A stretch of 64,000 nucleotides of DNA from contig OZ244587.1 in assembly GCA_965218095.1 (NCBI GenBank), positions 3,648,001 to 3,712,000 of the forward strand, written 5' to 3'. Source of the DNA: Candidatus Poribacteria bacterium. Its GTDB lineage: Bacteria > Poribacteria > WGA-4E > PCPOR2b. The position numbers and the translations under genes are program-made. Under the pieces are notes generated by a model that did no database searches, was not told the origin of the DNA, and saw nothing but the letters and a program-made list of their open reading frames with translations. This document shows, piece after piece, positions 22,051 to 32,910 of this stretch; position 1 is the first letter of the stretch, and every line of letters begins with the position of its first letter.

Positions 22051-22314
22051 AGGCTTTTATCTCCTTTGCAGGGTTGATTCCCCTGAAGCGGAATTCTCCA
22101 CATTATCGCAAAACAAATGGGAATAAGTAGTTACTGGCTTAAATCAACCGCAGAGGCGCAGAGTTTTTTAATTCTTCTCTGTGTTCTCTGCGTTCTCCGC
22201 GTTAAATAAGCGTGTTACGACTTATTGCAAAATGTCAAGCCTTAATCTACTTATTGCGAAATAAATTTTGCGCGCTATGATCTGTTTGAATTTAGAGTTA
22301 ACTGTTTAGAATCC

Positions 22315-23547
22315 TTAATCTGCACGGAATGTCCCCTCCTTCTGCACGCGCTCATAGATCTTGGCGAATTCCACTGAACCATCGTCTTCCCATATTTCTG
22401 ACTTGATTCCCCGAATGGTCCCTTCCTCACGCCCCGTCAGCCAGCAGGGCGAAATATAGGAAGGCCCATAGAAGGTATGACCGCCTAGCGTATGCAGCAC
22501 ACCGACGTGTTTGGGTCTCTCTATCGGTTTATTCGCGGCGACCCGTGCCAGAGCATCCTCGTCTACCTCATACCCCAGACCCGGTCGATCTGGCACAGGG
22601 GAGGAACCTTCGATAACCGGTATCCGCTCAGTAGTAATGTCCTCATGGTACTGATCATCGAGGTTAATCGAGTGAGCGGTGTGAGTGGGCAGGACAGCGG
22701 CCATATGCAGCGCCATCGCCTTGCCGAGCGTGCCAGCCTCAAACTGGAGTATCGTCTGGATGTTCGCCTTTCCACAAGCCAATCCGGTGGCAAGCGTATC
22801 TCCAATTGTGCCACCGACCATATAGATGTCGGCGACGCCGTGGATGATTTCCTGGATGCCGCCGAGTGGTGTGCCGTGCATAATGATTGGAAGACGGGTC
22901 TGCTCTCGAAGACGACGCCAACCGTCTACATCGTTCTTCACGAGCGGGTCTTCGATATAGCCGACGATCGGGTGGTTTCGCTCCAGTTCACGAATGATGG
23001 GTAGGACTGCCGCCAAGCTACGATTGTGGTTGAAGTCATAGTGAATCTGAAAGCCTTCCGGTGCCACTTCTTCGGCGAGGCGCGTCTGCTCCATCACGTC
23101 ATGGTAGGCACAGGTGTGCATTTTAAAGATGGTGTAGCCTTGTGCCGCTGCCCGACGGATTTCGTCGCGGAAGGTCTCCGGCGGTGCTGGTCGCGTCCAC
23201 GCTGCTACCGAAACGGCATCCCGCACTTTTTGCCCTATCAGCTTGTAGACAGGGACTTCGAGGTATTTCCCCATCACATCGTAGAGGGCGCAACTCAAGG
23301 CGGGCCCTTGGGGCAAATGGTTATTGATGAAGTCAAACGGATCGCGGCCGATGAGCGGCTTCACCCTTGATGAATCGGGCTGTCCACCGGGACGGACGCG
23401 CTGGTCGCCGTAGCCGACTATCCCAGCGTCCGTTTCGACTTTGAAAACGGTGCGATGGTCTATGCCGTATAAATCGACCTTGCGATTGTCATATCGTTTT
23501 GCAAGGCGGGGGTAAATTGGAATAACCTCAATGTTGGTGATTTTCAT
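22315..23547 (-). CDS. mandelate racemase/muconate lactonizing enzyme family protein
   Basis: ETDAGIVGYG, ALYDVMGKYLEVPVYKLIG, YIEDP, VPDRPGLG. Confidence 0.88.
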   Translation of the reverse strand: MKITNIEVIPIYPRLAKRYDNRKVDLYGIDHRTVFKVETDAGIVGYGDQRVRPGGQPDSSRVKPLIGRDPFDFINNHLPQGPALSCALYDVMGKYLEVPVYKLIGQKVRDAVSVAAWTRPAPPETFRDEIRRAAAQGYTIFKMHTCAYHDVMEQTRLAEEVAPEGFQIHYDFNHNRSLAAVLPIIRELERNHPIVGYIEDPLVKNDVDGWRRLREQTRLPIIMHGTPLGGIQEIIHGVADIYMVGGTIGDTLATGLACGKANIQTILQFEAGTLGKAMALHMAAVLPTHTAHSINLDDQYHEDITTERIPVIEGSSPVPDRPGLGYEVDEDALARVAANKPIERPKHVGVLHTLGGHTFYGPSYISPCWLTGREEGTIRGIKSEIWEDDGSVEFAKIYERVQKEGTFRAD

Positions 23548-23755
23548 GATGGATTCCTAACTACCTGAATTTTTCAGTATTAAAGTTACCCCTCCCAGAA
23601 TAATGGGAGCAAGCATTTATTGAGTGGGACCCGGACATACGTTTTCGTTGCTTAGACCCCGATCAAAGCCCGGGGTCTCAACGTACAAGAATTTGTGTCC
23701 ACATACTTAAAACGTATCGAAACGGATGTCCGTGCTGTTGTATGCCACGAATGTT

Positions 23756-25387
23756 TCACGCATCAGAGGTCACGTTTTCGGCATAACGCCGGCGGAGAGC
23801 CCTCTTGTCGAACTTCCCCACGCTGGTCTTGGGGATTTCATCGACGAATACGATCCTGTCGGGCAGCCAGAATTTGACGAACTTCGGGGCGAGATACACA
23901 ATCAGTTCTTCACCGGTCACCGAACCAGCATCCGGGACCAGCACAACCGCCGCTATCGGACGCTCACCCCACTGCGCATCGGGAATGGCGATCACCGCCG
24001 CTTCCATCACCGTGCGGTGAGCCATCAGGGCGTTTTCGAGCGCAATGCTCGAAATCCATTCCCCACCGCTCTTGACCAAATCTTTGGTGCGGTCGGTGAT
24101 TTGCATGTAACCATCTTCGCTGATTGTCGCTACATCGCCTGTGCGGAACCAGCCATCAGCCGTGAAATGCGCTGAGCTGTGGTCAATCTTATAATAGGCT
24201 TTGGCAATCCACGAACCTCGCACTTGTACCTCGCCCATCGTGGTGCCATCCCAGGGTAGTTCTTCGCCCATCTCGTCCATGATACGCATCTCGACGCCCG
24301 CAAGCGGGTGGCCTTGCCTCGCCTTGACATCCCATTGCTCCTGTGCTGGTATGGTGTGATGGTGGCTTTGCAGCTTTGAAATGGCTCCCACAGGCGAAGT
24401 TTCGGTCATGCCCCAACCTTGCATCACATTGACGCCCAACGCTTTCTCGTAGGCTTCGACCAGGGCATACGGCATCGCTGCTCCCCCGACCATCAGGGCA
24501 CGTATGTGTGAAATATCTCGCGGATTTGCCTTTAACTCGTGATACAGGCCTGTCCAGAGCGTTGGCACCCCGGCAGGCACCGTGATCTTTTTCTCGGCGA
24601 TCATCTCCGCCAGTGCTGGTGGCTTCAAATGCGGCCCCGGCAGAACCATATCACAGCCAGCAAACGTGCAGGCGTAAGGCAAGCCCCAGGCCATGGCGTG
24701 GAACATCGGTACAACGGGGAGGACTACATCCTGCTCTGTCAGTCCGAGTGCATTCGCCTGATTGATGCCCATTGTGTGCATATACACGGAGCGGTGGCTA
24801 TAAAGAACGCCCTTCGGGTCTCCGGTGGTGCCGCTAGTGTAACACAGACCCATTGCCGCCTTTTCGTCGGTGACTGCCCATTCATAATCGTCACCAACTT
24901 CAGCCATCAGATCTTCATAAAAGGAGACGTTGGGCAGTTTCGCCTCGAGTTTCTCATCTGCGTTGAACAGGACGTAGTGCTGCACACAGTCGATTTTATC
25001 CGCAACCGGCTCGAACAGGGGCAGGATAGTCGCGTCGATAAACACAACTTTATCTTCGGCGTGATTCACCATATAGGCGAGTTGTTCAGGGAATAGACGG
25101 ATATTCAGGGTATGACAGATGGCGCCGCTGCATGGAATCGCGTAATACAACTCAAGGTGTTGATAATTATTCCACGCGAAAGTTCCCACCCGGTTGCTTG
25201 ACTTGACGCCTAAGTTGTTCAGCACATTTGCCAGCCGCTTGACGCGGGCGTAAAGATTAGCATACGTGTACTGATGCATTGAGCCATCCGGCAGCTTGGT
25301 AGCGATTTGCTTGCGGGGATACATTCGATTGGCATGTTCCAAAATCCGATCTATCGTGAGAGGATAATCCATCATCAAGCCTTGCAT
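23756..25387 (-). CDS. acyl-CoA ligase (AlkK/DmdB-like)
   Basis: [49 protein letters not shown]. Confidence 0.93.
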   Translation of the reverse strand: MQGLMMDYPLTIDRILEHANRMYPRKQIATKLPDGSMHQYTYANLYARVKRLANVLNNLGVKSSNRVGTFAWNNYQHLELYYAIPCSGAICHTLNIRLFPEQLAYMVNHAEDKVVFIDATILPLFEPVADKIDCVQHYVLFNADEKLEAKLPNVSFYEDLMAEVGDDYEWAVTDEKAAMGLCYTSGTTGDPKGVLYSHRSVYMHTMGINQANALGLTEQDVVLPVVPMFHAMAWGLPYACTFAGCDMVLPGPHLKPPALAEMIAEKKITVPAGVPTLWTGLYHELKANPRDISHIRALMVGGAAMPYALVEAYEKALGVNVMQGWGMTETSPVGAISKLQSHHHTIPAQEQWDVKARQGHPLAGVEMRIMDEMGEELPWDGTTMGEVQVRGSWIAKAYYKIDHSSAHFTADGWFRTGDVATISEDGYMQITDRTKDLVKSGGEWISSIALENALMAHRTVMEAAVIAIPDAQWGERPIAAVVLVPDAGSVTGEELIVYLAPKFVKFWLPDRIVFVDEIPKTSVGKFDKRALRRRYAENVTSDA

Positions 25388-25446
25388 ACATTCTCCTTGC
25401 TCGGATGAACAAGCTGACAGTGCTCGTCCGAAGAATCGAACGTGTT

Positions 25447-26448
25447 TTACTTCCTCAGTTCTTTGGCGCGAAGCATAGGGCTTTCCAGGACTTCCAAGTT
25501 CACCAGCGATTCGGGCATCTGTCCTGTCAAGACCCTTGCAACCTCCGACGCCGCAGTGACCTCAAGGTCGTAGACCGATTCTTCAGACAGAAACGCGGCG
25601 TGCGGTGTCAGGATAATGTTTTCCAAATCGAGCAACGGTTCATCAGCGATCGGGGGTTCTTCGGGCAGCACATCCAGGCCTGCGCCGGTAATGCAACCTT
25701 CGGTCAGCGCTTTGTGGAGGGCAACCGTGTCGATGATGCCGCCCCGTGCTGTGTTGATGACGTAAGCGGTGGACTTCATCTGACGGAATTCGTTTTCACC
25801 GAGCATTTTGTCTGTTTCGGAAGTCAGCGGCGCATGGATGGTGATGAAATCGGATTGCGTCAGGAGTTCGGGGAACTCAATCTGCTTCACCCCGTGCACC
25901 TGGAATGTCTCTGGAGAAATGTACGGATCGTAAGCAATGACTTCGAGCCCGAAGGCTTTGGCTTTGGGCGCAACTGCTTTCCCAGTCTTGCCTAACCCAA
26001 TGATGCCTAACGTTTGCCCACGGACTCGACGCATCGGTGGACCAGCGTCTCGGTCCCAGTTTTTGATATGCCGGTTGAGCGTGGTGATTTTCCGAGCACA
26101 CGCCAGTACCAGCCCCATGGCGTGATCAGCGACCTCATCGGTGCAGTACGCAGGGACGTTGGTGACAACAATTCCCAACGTCGTCGCCGTTTCGAGATCG
26201 ATGTTATCCAACCCAATTCCACATCGACTGATGATTTTGCAGCCCTGGGCAGCCTTAATGACCACCGTTGTGACTTGTGCCCAGGTAGTGAGAATCCCAT
26301 CGACCTGCTGGGCTAAGGCGACCAGTTCTTCCGCTTTTCCTGTTTCGGCGACAATCAATTCCGCGTCTACCTCTGCCAATACTTTTCGCTCCGGTTCGAC
26401 AGAGGGCCATGCGTAATCGGTTATCAAAACTTTGTATTTGGAAGACAT
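25447..26448 (-). CDS. D-2-hydroxyacid dehydrogenase (CtBP-like)
   Basis: [30 protein letters not shown]; likely start MSSKY at 26448. Confidence 0.9.
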   Translation of the reverse strand: MSSKYKVLITDYAWPSVEPERKVLAEVDAELIVAETGKAEELVALAQQVDGILTTWAQVTTVVIKAAQGCKIISRCGIGLDNIDLETATTLGIVVTNVPAYCTDEVADHAMGLVLACARKITTLNRHIKNWDRDAGPPMRRVRGQTLGIIGLGKTGKAVAPKAKAFGLEVIAYDPYISPETFQVHGVKQIEFPELLTQSDFITIHAPLTSETDKMLGENEFRQMKSTAYVINTARGGIIDTVALHKALTEGCITGAGLDVLPEEPPIADEPLLDLENIILTPHAAFLSEESVYDLEVTAASEVARVLTGQMPESLVNLEVLESPMLRAKELRK

Positions 26449-26587
26449 CGCTAATTTCCTTTCTGTGTGCTGTATCACGATTGAATATGTCCAAGTTTGT
26501 GGCACCTGAAAAAGGATGAGGCAGATTGGCTGTAAGTATGATACAATAGTTCAGCAGAATTTCGCAATCGGATGAGAGGTGAAAACC

Positions 26588-27607
26588 ATGAAACGAAAAA
26601 AATCGAAGCACCCTCCGCATACACATCCACTAGGTTCTGTTGACATTTGAGTATAAGGTTGTGGCATAATAGAAGAATGACGCCAATAACCTTACCTGAT
26701 GAACAATGGAATAAGATATACCGGTTTCTTCTAAGCTGTCTCACCATCTATGTTGGCGACGAAGCTGCTACACGCCGCTTCGTCGAAGCGGTTCTGTGGG
26801 TGACTCGTAGTGGGGCTCAATGGAGACTTCTACCAGACACCTATGGCAAATGGAACACCCGCTACAAGCGGTTTGCTCGATGGTGCGACAAAGGTATCTT
26901 CACACAGATGCACCCCCACTTCGCCTCTGACCCCGATATCGAGTCGCTTATTGTTGACAGTACCATCTGCCGCGCTCACCCGTGTGCGGCGGGCGCCTTA
27001 AAAAGCTGGCGCCTTAAAAAAAAGGGTGGCACTGAAAACCAAGCATTAGGTCGGTCTCGGGGCGGTTTCAGTACAAAAATTCACATCACAGTTGACGGAC
27101 TAGGCAATCCCCTAAGAATTCATCTGACCCCCGGTCAGAGACATGACATAACTGAGGCGGAAGGGTTGATAATCGGATATAACAGTGAATATGTGATTGG
27201 AGACAAGGGGTACGATTCAGACGCTTTTATCGCGGTTATTGAGGCGAATGGAGCGATTGCGGTGATACCGCCCAAAAGTCATCGTGTTGACCAAAGAACG
27301 TATGACAAACACTTAATACAAAGAGAGGCATCTACAAAGAGAGACATCGGATTGAATGTTTCATCAACAAGATAAAATGGTATCGTCGTATCTTCTCTCG
27401 GTTTGAGAAGCTAGCTGTCCGTTATTTTGGATTTCTCAGCTTTGTCTCCACTCTTATATGGCTCCCTTGAAATGTCAACAGAACCTAGTCTTTAAGCCGG
27501 GCAGCTATAGTGAGTACCTACACGAGCGTCCGGAAATTGTCGATGAAGATTTGAGAAAAATGGGACTCAACCCTGATGAGATCGATCAGCTTTTAATGGA
27601 GGGTTGA
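26588..27607 (+). pseudogene. 54-aa small protein split by IS5
   Basis: RBS GAGGTG; removing the IS plus one TA restores MKRKKSKHPPHTHPL-VFKPGSYSEYLHERPEIVDEDLRKMGLNPDEIDQLLMEG*. Confidence 0.6.
26633..27485 (+). mobile_element. IS5 family (IS427-type) element, copy 2
   Basis: Same IRs as copy 1; CTAG target; two internal 16-nt duplications. Confidence 0.93.
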
Positions 27608-27719
27608 ACAATTGAGATTAATCTAAATAACTTCAAAAATGCGACGTTTAAGAAAATCAAAAAAATACATGAGGTGAGGAAACATCGGCATAGACAGTCT
27701 CAGGTACGGATTCACGACA

Positions 27720-28310
27720 ACCCTTCCTTAAACTAGCCGTAAATCTCCAACAGCAACTCTCGGGCTTCCTCCTTTTTGCCCTGCCCCTGCTACAGCCGAC
27801 TCAAACTCATTGTTTCCCGCAACTCCCCCGACTTTACCTGCTGGCGTCGGGCAACCTCAAGGGTTTTGTGAAAACACGCATCCGCTTCAGCTTCATCTCT
27901 ACCCAGCACCAGCAATAACTCCCCCTTGAGCTGGTGTATCTCTGCTTCCCACACACGTTCTCCAGTTTTCTCCACCACAGCCTGCGCTTCAGCCAGTACA
28001 TTCAGTCCGGATTCGGTCTGTTCCACTTTCCGATACGCTTCAGCCAGCAGGGTCAGAAAATACGCACTAAACACCTCCACCCCCGTCGCCTGCCAGGCAG
28101 CAAGGCCCTTACGGAGAAGATCTATCCCCGCTTCTGCCTGTCCCTGTTTGGTCAGCACCCAGCCTTTCATGGGAGTTCCCCATGCTGCCCAAAGTGCAAT
28201 CCCTTGCTCAGTCGAGAGGGTAATGGCTGCCTCTGCTTTCTCTTGGGCTGCGTCCAGCTCCCGGCGGAATTGGTGGGATATGGCAGCAAAACTCAAGGCA
28301 TTTTGGGCAT
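27720..28310 (-). pseudogene. C-terminal TPR fragment of an adenylate/guanylate cyclase-AAA ATPase type protein
   Basis: WEAEIHQLKGELLL...ARRQQVKSGELRETMSLSRL*QGQGKKEEARELLLEIYG*F with TAG at usual Trp positions; 5' part missing; boundaries approximate. Confidence 0.7.
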
Positions 28311-28609
28311 TGCATTGACAAAACTTCCTTGACCAGGTTGAGATGGCTATATCAGATCGCACAGCGCATCACAGAAAGCTTTCCACGAAAGTTCTCCGCC
28401 GTTTTCATACAATCGTTTTATTATACGCATTTGCAGCGTGATGTCAATCAGGAAATGCAGGGAACAGAAATTTTAACCCATTTGTATCACGGTGACATAG
28501 CGCGTTCAAGATGGCGTTCCCACGCCGGGCGTCAGAACGAGCTAATTAGAAGGCAATGATGTGAATCTAACCCGTATTATCCATGCGCTTCCCAACGCGC
28601 ACCCAATAA

Positions 28610-28642
28610 ACAAAGCACCAACATTAAGCGGGTGCTTTGTTT
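28610..28642. terminator. intrinsic terminator-like hairpin
   Basis: ACAAAGCACC...GGTGCTTTGT stem with A/T tails. Confidence 0.55.
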
Positions 28643-28765
28643 GTGTGTTGTAGCGCCCAAAGTGGTTATCATCTTATGCTGATTTGCGCTTATAGTTTCC
28701 TATCATGGTGCGGTAATTGGGTTGACGCACGTGGAGGTTCGTGTGAGATTAAGCCTGAATCGGCA

Positions 28766-29267
28766 TTATGTGACGGTCAAGATGATAGTTGAAATGTTGG
28801 GACCTGAACCGTCCGGGTTTGTCCATTCGATCACGAGCGTTACCGTTTGACCAGGGGTTAAGCTGGTTGCCGTCCATGTTGCCCTGTTGCCTTGTACCAC
28901 GGCTGTCGTGCAATCCCATTACTTAAATCGCCATTATTGAAGGGAACGATTATAGTCACAGTCAGCGGTGAGGCATCAAAGATTAACGTGAGCGTACCGT
29001 CGTCGGCAATCGCTCATGTTAAGAAATCGTGCAAAGAAACCGAGTTTTTCGGAAAAACTCGGTTTCTCCGGGGCGCTTTGCACCTTCTTTTGACATGAGC
29101 CACGGCAGTCTCACCTCCGTGCTGGGAATGGAACCTATGAAGCCTACTCCCGGAGCATGATTATTGTCATTGTTATCACTATTATCATTGTCATCGTCGT
29201 CATCATCAGTGCAGCCAATCATGAAAATGACAAGCATAACAACCATCACCAAAGCGAAAGCTCTCAA
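28766..29267 (-). pseudogene. lipoprotein with D/N-rich linker, disrupted by a MITE and frameshifts
   Basis: Lipobox MIGC, poly-D/N; downstream pieces IADDGTLTLIFD and TVTLVIEWTNPDGSG. Confidence 0.55.
29011..29102. mobile_element. MITE (same family as 17815) carrying an internal palindrome
   Basis: Ends CGCTCATGTTAAGAA / TTTTGACATGAGCCA; near-identical flanks CGGCAAT / CGGCAGT; internal AGAAACCGAGTTTTTCGGAAAAACTCGGTTTCT. Confidence 0.8.
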
Positions 29268-29319
29268 TAGCCTGTGCGTTTCTTCTAATCCTCCTCACCA
29301 TATTTGCCTGTGAGATGTG

Positions 29320-30516
29320 TTAAAATTCCGGACTCGTTAAATCCTCTTTTGAATACTTCACAAGCAAATCACTGTCAATCAGCTTGAGCTGGCCGTTGTT
29401 TTGGTCCGTCAACTGGACGAGTAACTCGGCGCCACGTGAATGTTTGAGATCTATTTCGAGCCCGACAACATAAATGCTTGCGTGATTCACATTTTTCTTG
29501 CTGACGGATTCAAGGATCTTCCCGGTACTGTCTTCAATGTTGTCGTATTTATTCTGTTTCGTTGGGAGACCGTCGGTAACCAATACAATAATCGATGAAT
29601 TCATCTCAAGGGCTTTCTCAAGCGCTCCGAGGATATTCGTGCCCTGGTTATTCGCAATCCGCTCAGGAGTGAATCGATCCAGGTACTTCGACGCTGCTTC
29701 GATATTGCCCATTTCCGCCGGCGCCATTTTGCGATTCCATAGTTTGGCTTCCGCGGAGAAGGTGACAATGTTGAAATAATCGTCATCGCCGAGCATGAGC
29801 ATTGAATCTCTGGTGGATTGGATTGCCAATTCGAGCTTTCTTAGCCCTATGGCTTGCATACTTGCCGAGATATCGAGACAGTAGACAACGTATTGGGGGC
29901 CCTCGAATTCATTGATGAATTTGATAATATCTAATTTATCAGCAATGCCTGGATTTCCTCCTCCATCAATTAGCCTATCTTTCGAGTTGCCCAATGAATC
30001 AACAAGGGACAAACCGCTGCGACGTCCCCGCACGCGCGCACGTCCAGTCACTTTGCCTTGACCATCGGTGCGCCCCGGACGCGAAACAAGTGGTTCAAGA
30101 TTTGACCTTTCAGATTCCCGCAAGTTAGCATCCGTCATCAAATCAGGAATATTCTCACTGAGTGCTGCGTCATTCATTTCGAGGTTCTCGTGCAGGATTC
30201 GTTCACTGAGGCGTACAACTTCTGTCATTTTGTGGGGCGACAATTCGACGAATTTCTTTTTCGCTTTACGAGCCAGATCTTCGTCCGGTCTGTGAATTCT
30301 CATCTTTAGCGGCGGCTTGGTTTTGAGCTTTTGGAGTGGCGGCCTGGGTGGCTCTTTGACCCACTCAACCTTGATGTTATCTGTATCTTTGACAACTCCT
30401 CCCTTGTAGGGTATAAAGAGGAAGACGATTGCAACGATAAGATGCAAAATTAAAGCGAACAGAATAGCAGATCTGTGTCGAATTTTCCTGAGTTCTATGT
30501 AATCTTGCCGGGTCAT
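29320..30516 (-). CDS. membrane-anchored vWA domain protein
   Basis: N-terminal TM; MIDAS DISASM; GTNILGAL; LVTDGLP. Confidence 0.85.
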   Translation of the reverse strand: MTRQDYIELRKIRHRSAILFALILHLIVAIVFLFIPYKGGVVKDTDNIKVEWVKEPPRPPLQKLKTKPPLKMRIHRPDEDLARKAKKKFVELSPHKMTEVVRLSERILHENLEMNDAALSENIPDLMTDANLRESERSNLEPLVSRPGRTDGQGKVTGRARVRGRRSGLSLVDSLGNSKDRLIDGGGNPGIADKLDIIKFINEFEGPQYVVYCLDISASMQAIGLRKLELAIQSTRDSMLMLGDDDYFNIVTFSAEAKLWNRKMAPAEMGNIEAASKYLDRFTPERIANNQGTNILGALEKALEMNSSIIVLVTDGLPTKQNKYDNIEDSTGKILESVSKKNVNHASIYVVGLEIDLKHSRGAELLVQLTDQNNGQLKLIDSDLLVKYSKEDLTSPEF

Positions 30517-30791
30517 TTATGGGAGCCTCCTGTTTGCATGATACTCAGTACTCTGCAAATACTCCTGTTGGATTGCCAAATCCAACGGATTTGATGGGGA
30601 GGGGGCGCCTGGACTTTGTCAAGTCTAGACAACCCCTCTTAATCGAGCGGTTTGAGAACGACTGATATTCAGTTTTGTGTATCGCATGATACATGAGTTC
30701 AAGGGTTCATTAGTTCAGAACCGGCCCCGAGTCATCGAGAAGTTCAATAAACGCATGGACCCATTTTCTTGATTCCCTCATTTGGGGAAGA

Positions 30792-32162
30792 TTAGATCTG
30801 GATCCGTTCCCACCGACCACTACGAAAACGCAGAAAATAGGTTGTTCCAGCCAAAACGATATAGACCGTTGCGCCGCACCACGCGCCAGCCACTCCATAC
30901 CCTAACCAGCTTCCCAAACCGTAGGCGAGAGGAAGAAACAGCAGCCAAGCATAGCCGATGCCAACCCACATTGTGAAAAAGGTATCGCTGGCCCCTTTGA
31001 GCGCCCCCACCGCACAGATTCCGAATCCGTCTGAGAGTTGAAAAAGCGCTGCGAAAAACAGGATGCGCGTCCCCAGTCGAACAACCTCCGGATTCAGTGT
31101 AATCAGCGAAAGAAGAAATTCCGGCACTATAAAAAACGCAATGGCGACCAAAAAGGTATAAACAACTCCCAATTTTATCGTCGTGTAGCCACTCTTGCGG
31201 GCGTAATGCAGTTGACCGGATCCGATATATTGTCCGACCAATGTCGTTGCTGCCAGGGAAAAACCGTGCAAAGGCATAAACGATGTAGAAATCAAAGCAA
31301 TCGCTGCGTTATTCGCTGCAAGTGCGACATCGCCCATCCGCCCGATTAGGGCTGCAAACACCGTAAAGCTACCCATATCCATAAAAAACTGCAAGCCCAT
31401 CGGTAGACCGATTCGCAGGATACGGCGAATGTCGCGGAAATCAATCTGGAAATGCGATCGGGTCTGGAATGCCTGGTTAGCGCTCCGTGAAAGGAAAATG
31501 GCAAGATAGCTAACTGCCGCGACGATGCCCCCAATCAGTGTCGCGATGGCGGCGCCAGTCACCTCAAGCCGAGGGAAGCCAAGTTTTCCAAAAATCAGCA
31601 GATAGTCGAAAATGATATTGATTAGATTTGCGGCGAGCTCGATTCGCATCGGGGTTTTGGTATCGCCGATGCCACGCAGAAAACTGCCCACCCCAAAGGA
31701 GATGAAGAGGTTGATTCCGCCGTATAACCGAATCTGTGTATAGATGACCCCCAAACGCTGAACTTCCGCTGATGGTTTCATCAGGGCAAATAAACCGTCT
31801 GTGAATCGGCTAATCAGCATAACTACGAGGTATAATCCAAGCGCTAGGTAAAGCCCTTGCCACGCTGCAACGGCGATACCGTGCCCATCCCCCACTCCAT
31901 AGCGTTGTGCGACGAAGGTGTTGATGCTTGTCAGCAATCCGTTAAAAAAGGAGAACAGCGTTCACGTCAATACCCCAGCCAATCCGATAGCTGCCAATTC
32001 GGTCGCGCCCAACCGTCCGACCATCGCTGTATCCACAAACATCATCGTTGTATGCGACGCCATCGTGATGACGACAGGATACGCTAACAGCCAGACCTCA
32101 CGATAGCCACCGGGGACGGTTGTGTCTTCCTTTTTGCTTGGAATTTCTCCGTATTGTTGCAA
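30792..32162 (-). pseudogene. MATE efflux transporter with one in-frame TGA
   Basis: LAYPV...DTAMVGRLG in 31962..32162 is in frame with 30792..31937 across TGA at 31962-31964; LRGIGDTKTPM motif. Confidence 0.85.
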
Positions 32163-32181
32163 TCACATCTCCTTGATTGAA

Positions 32182-32751
32182 TCACCTCTTATCGCACCGG
32201 TTTCGACGAAATCTGCGTCTCACTTGTTTACCGCCTCCTAGCTTGCCTCCACTTTTTTCAAACAAGCGAATCCACCCTTCCCCTTTGGGTGTCAATTTGT
32301 AGTAAGTGTGGTTGCGGTGTTTGATCCATTTGCTTTTGACAATATTCTTGCGATACTGGATTATCCGCTTTTCAACACGCTCCAAGCCACTCAATTCCCT
32401 CAATTTCCGATGGCGTTTGTGTATCTCCTCAAGCGAGATGCCAAGTGTTTCTGAGACAATGATCGAATAGTCTAGCCCAAACTCTTGGTGGTGCTTTAGA
32501 ATCAAGTAATCCGTTTCAGCCAGTTGATCGAACGTCGGATCTTTCTCTTCCGGATCAGATTGTTCCTCCGTTGTTTGGAGCTCCTGCCAAGCCACATCAA
32601 GAAGCCGTTCAACCCGCAGGTGTTGGGCGGAAGCACAATTGGATCTGTGGACGGCAATTGTGCCATCTTCCTTAAAGTAACCGATGATGTTATCCCCAAC
32701 CTGTGGTGAACAGCATTTGGCAAGTTTGTAGGTGAGTTCTTGAGGCATCAT
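32182..32751 (-). CDS. RelA/SpoT RIS-like domain fused to DUF2250-like winged helix
   Basis: KLAKCCSPQVGDNIIGY...AVHRSNC; ILKHHQEFGLDY...HRNHTYYKLT. Confidence 0.7.
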   Translation of the reverse strand: MMPQELTYKLAKCCSPQVGDNIIGYFKEDGTIAVHRSNCASAQHLRVERLLDVAWQELQTTEEQSDPEEKDPTFDQLAETDYLILKHHQEFGLDYSIIVSETLGISLEEIHKRHRKLRELSGLERVEKRIIQYRKNIVKSKWIKHRNHTYYKLTPKGEGWIRLFEKSGGKLGGGKQVRRRFRRNRCDKR

Positions 32752-32910
32752 TTTTCATCACATTTCACTGCCGGTAACGTTCAATCGCAAAAAAGAAACC
32801 CTTTTGGGGTAAAGCAAGCGCCAATTGATTCATGGTATCATGTTCCTTGATGCAATTGTGAATTGTGTCGTGCGTCCTATCTGTGCAGGAAACCCTTTAC
32901 GTTTCACGTT

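Noticed and set aside
29161-29210. Trinucleotide-like repeat
   Set aside because: Explained by the Asp/Asn-rich linker of the lipoprotein.
30560-30645. Hairpins upstream of the vWA gene as a riboswitch
   Set aside because: No aptamer consensus recognised; GGATTGCCAAATCC recurs near 44660 and looks like a dispersed REP. An Rfam scan would settle it.
31962-31964. In-frame TGA in the MATE gene as Sec or Trp recoding
   Set aside because: No SECIS-like hairpin follows, TGA ends many intact genes here, and TAG/TAA lesions occur too; a nonsense mutation or error is simpler.
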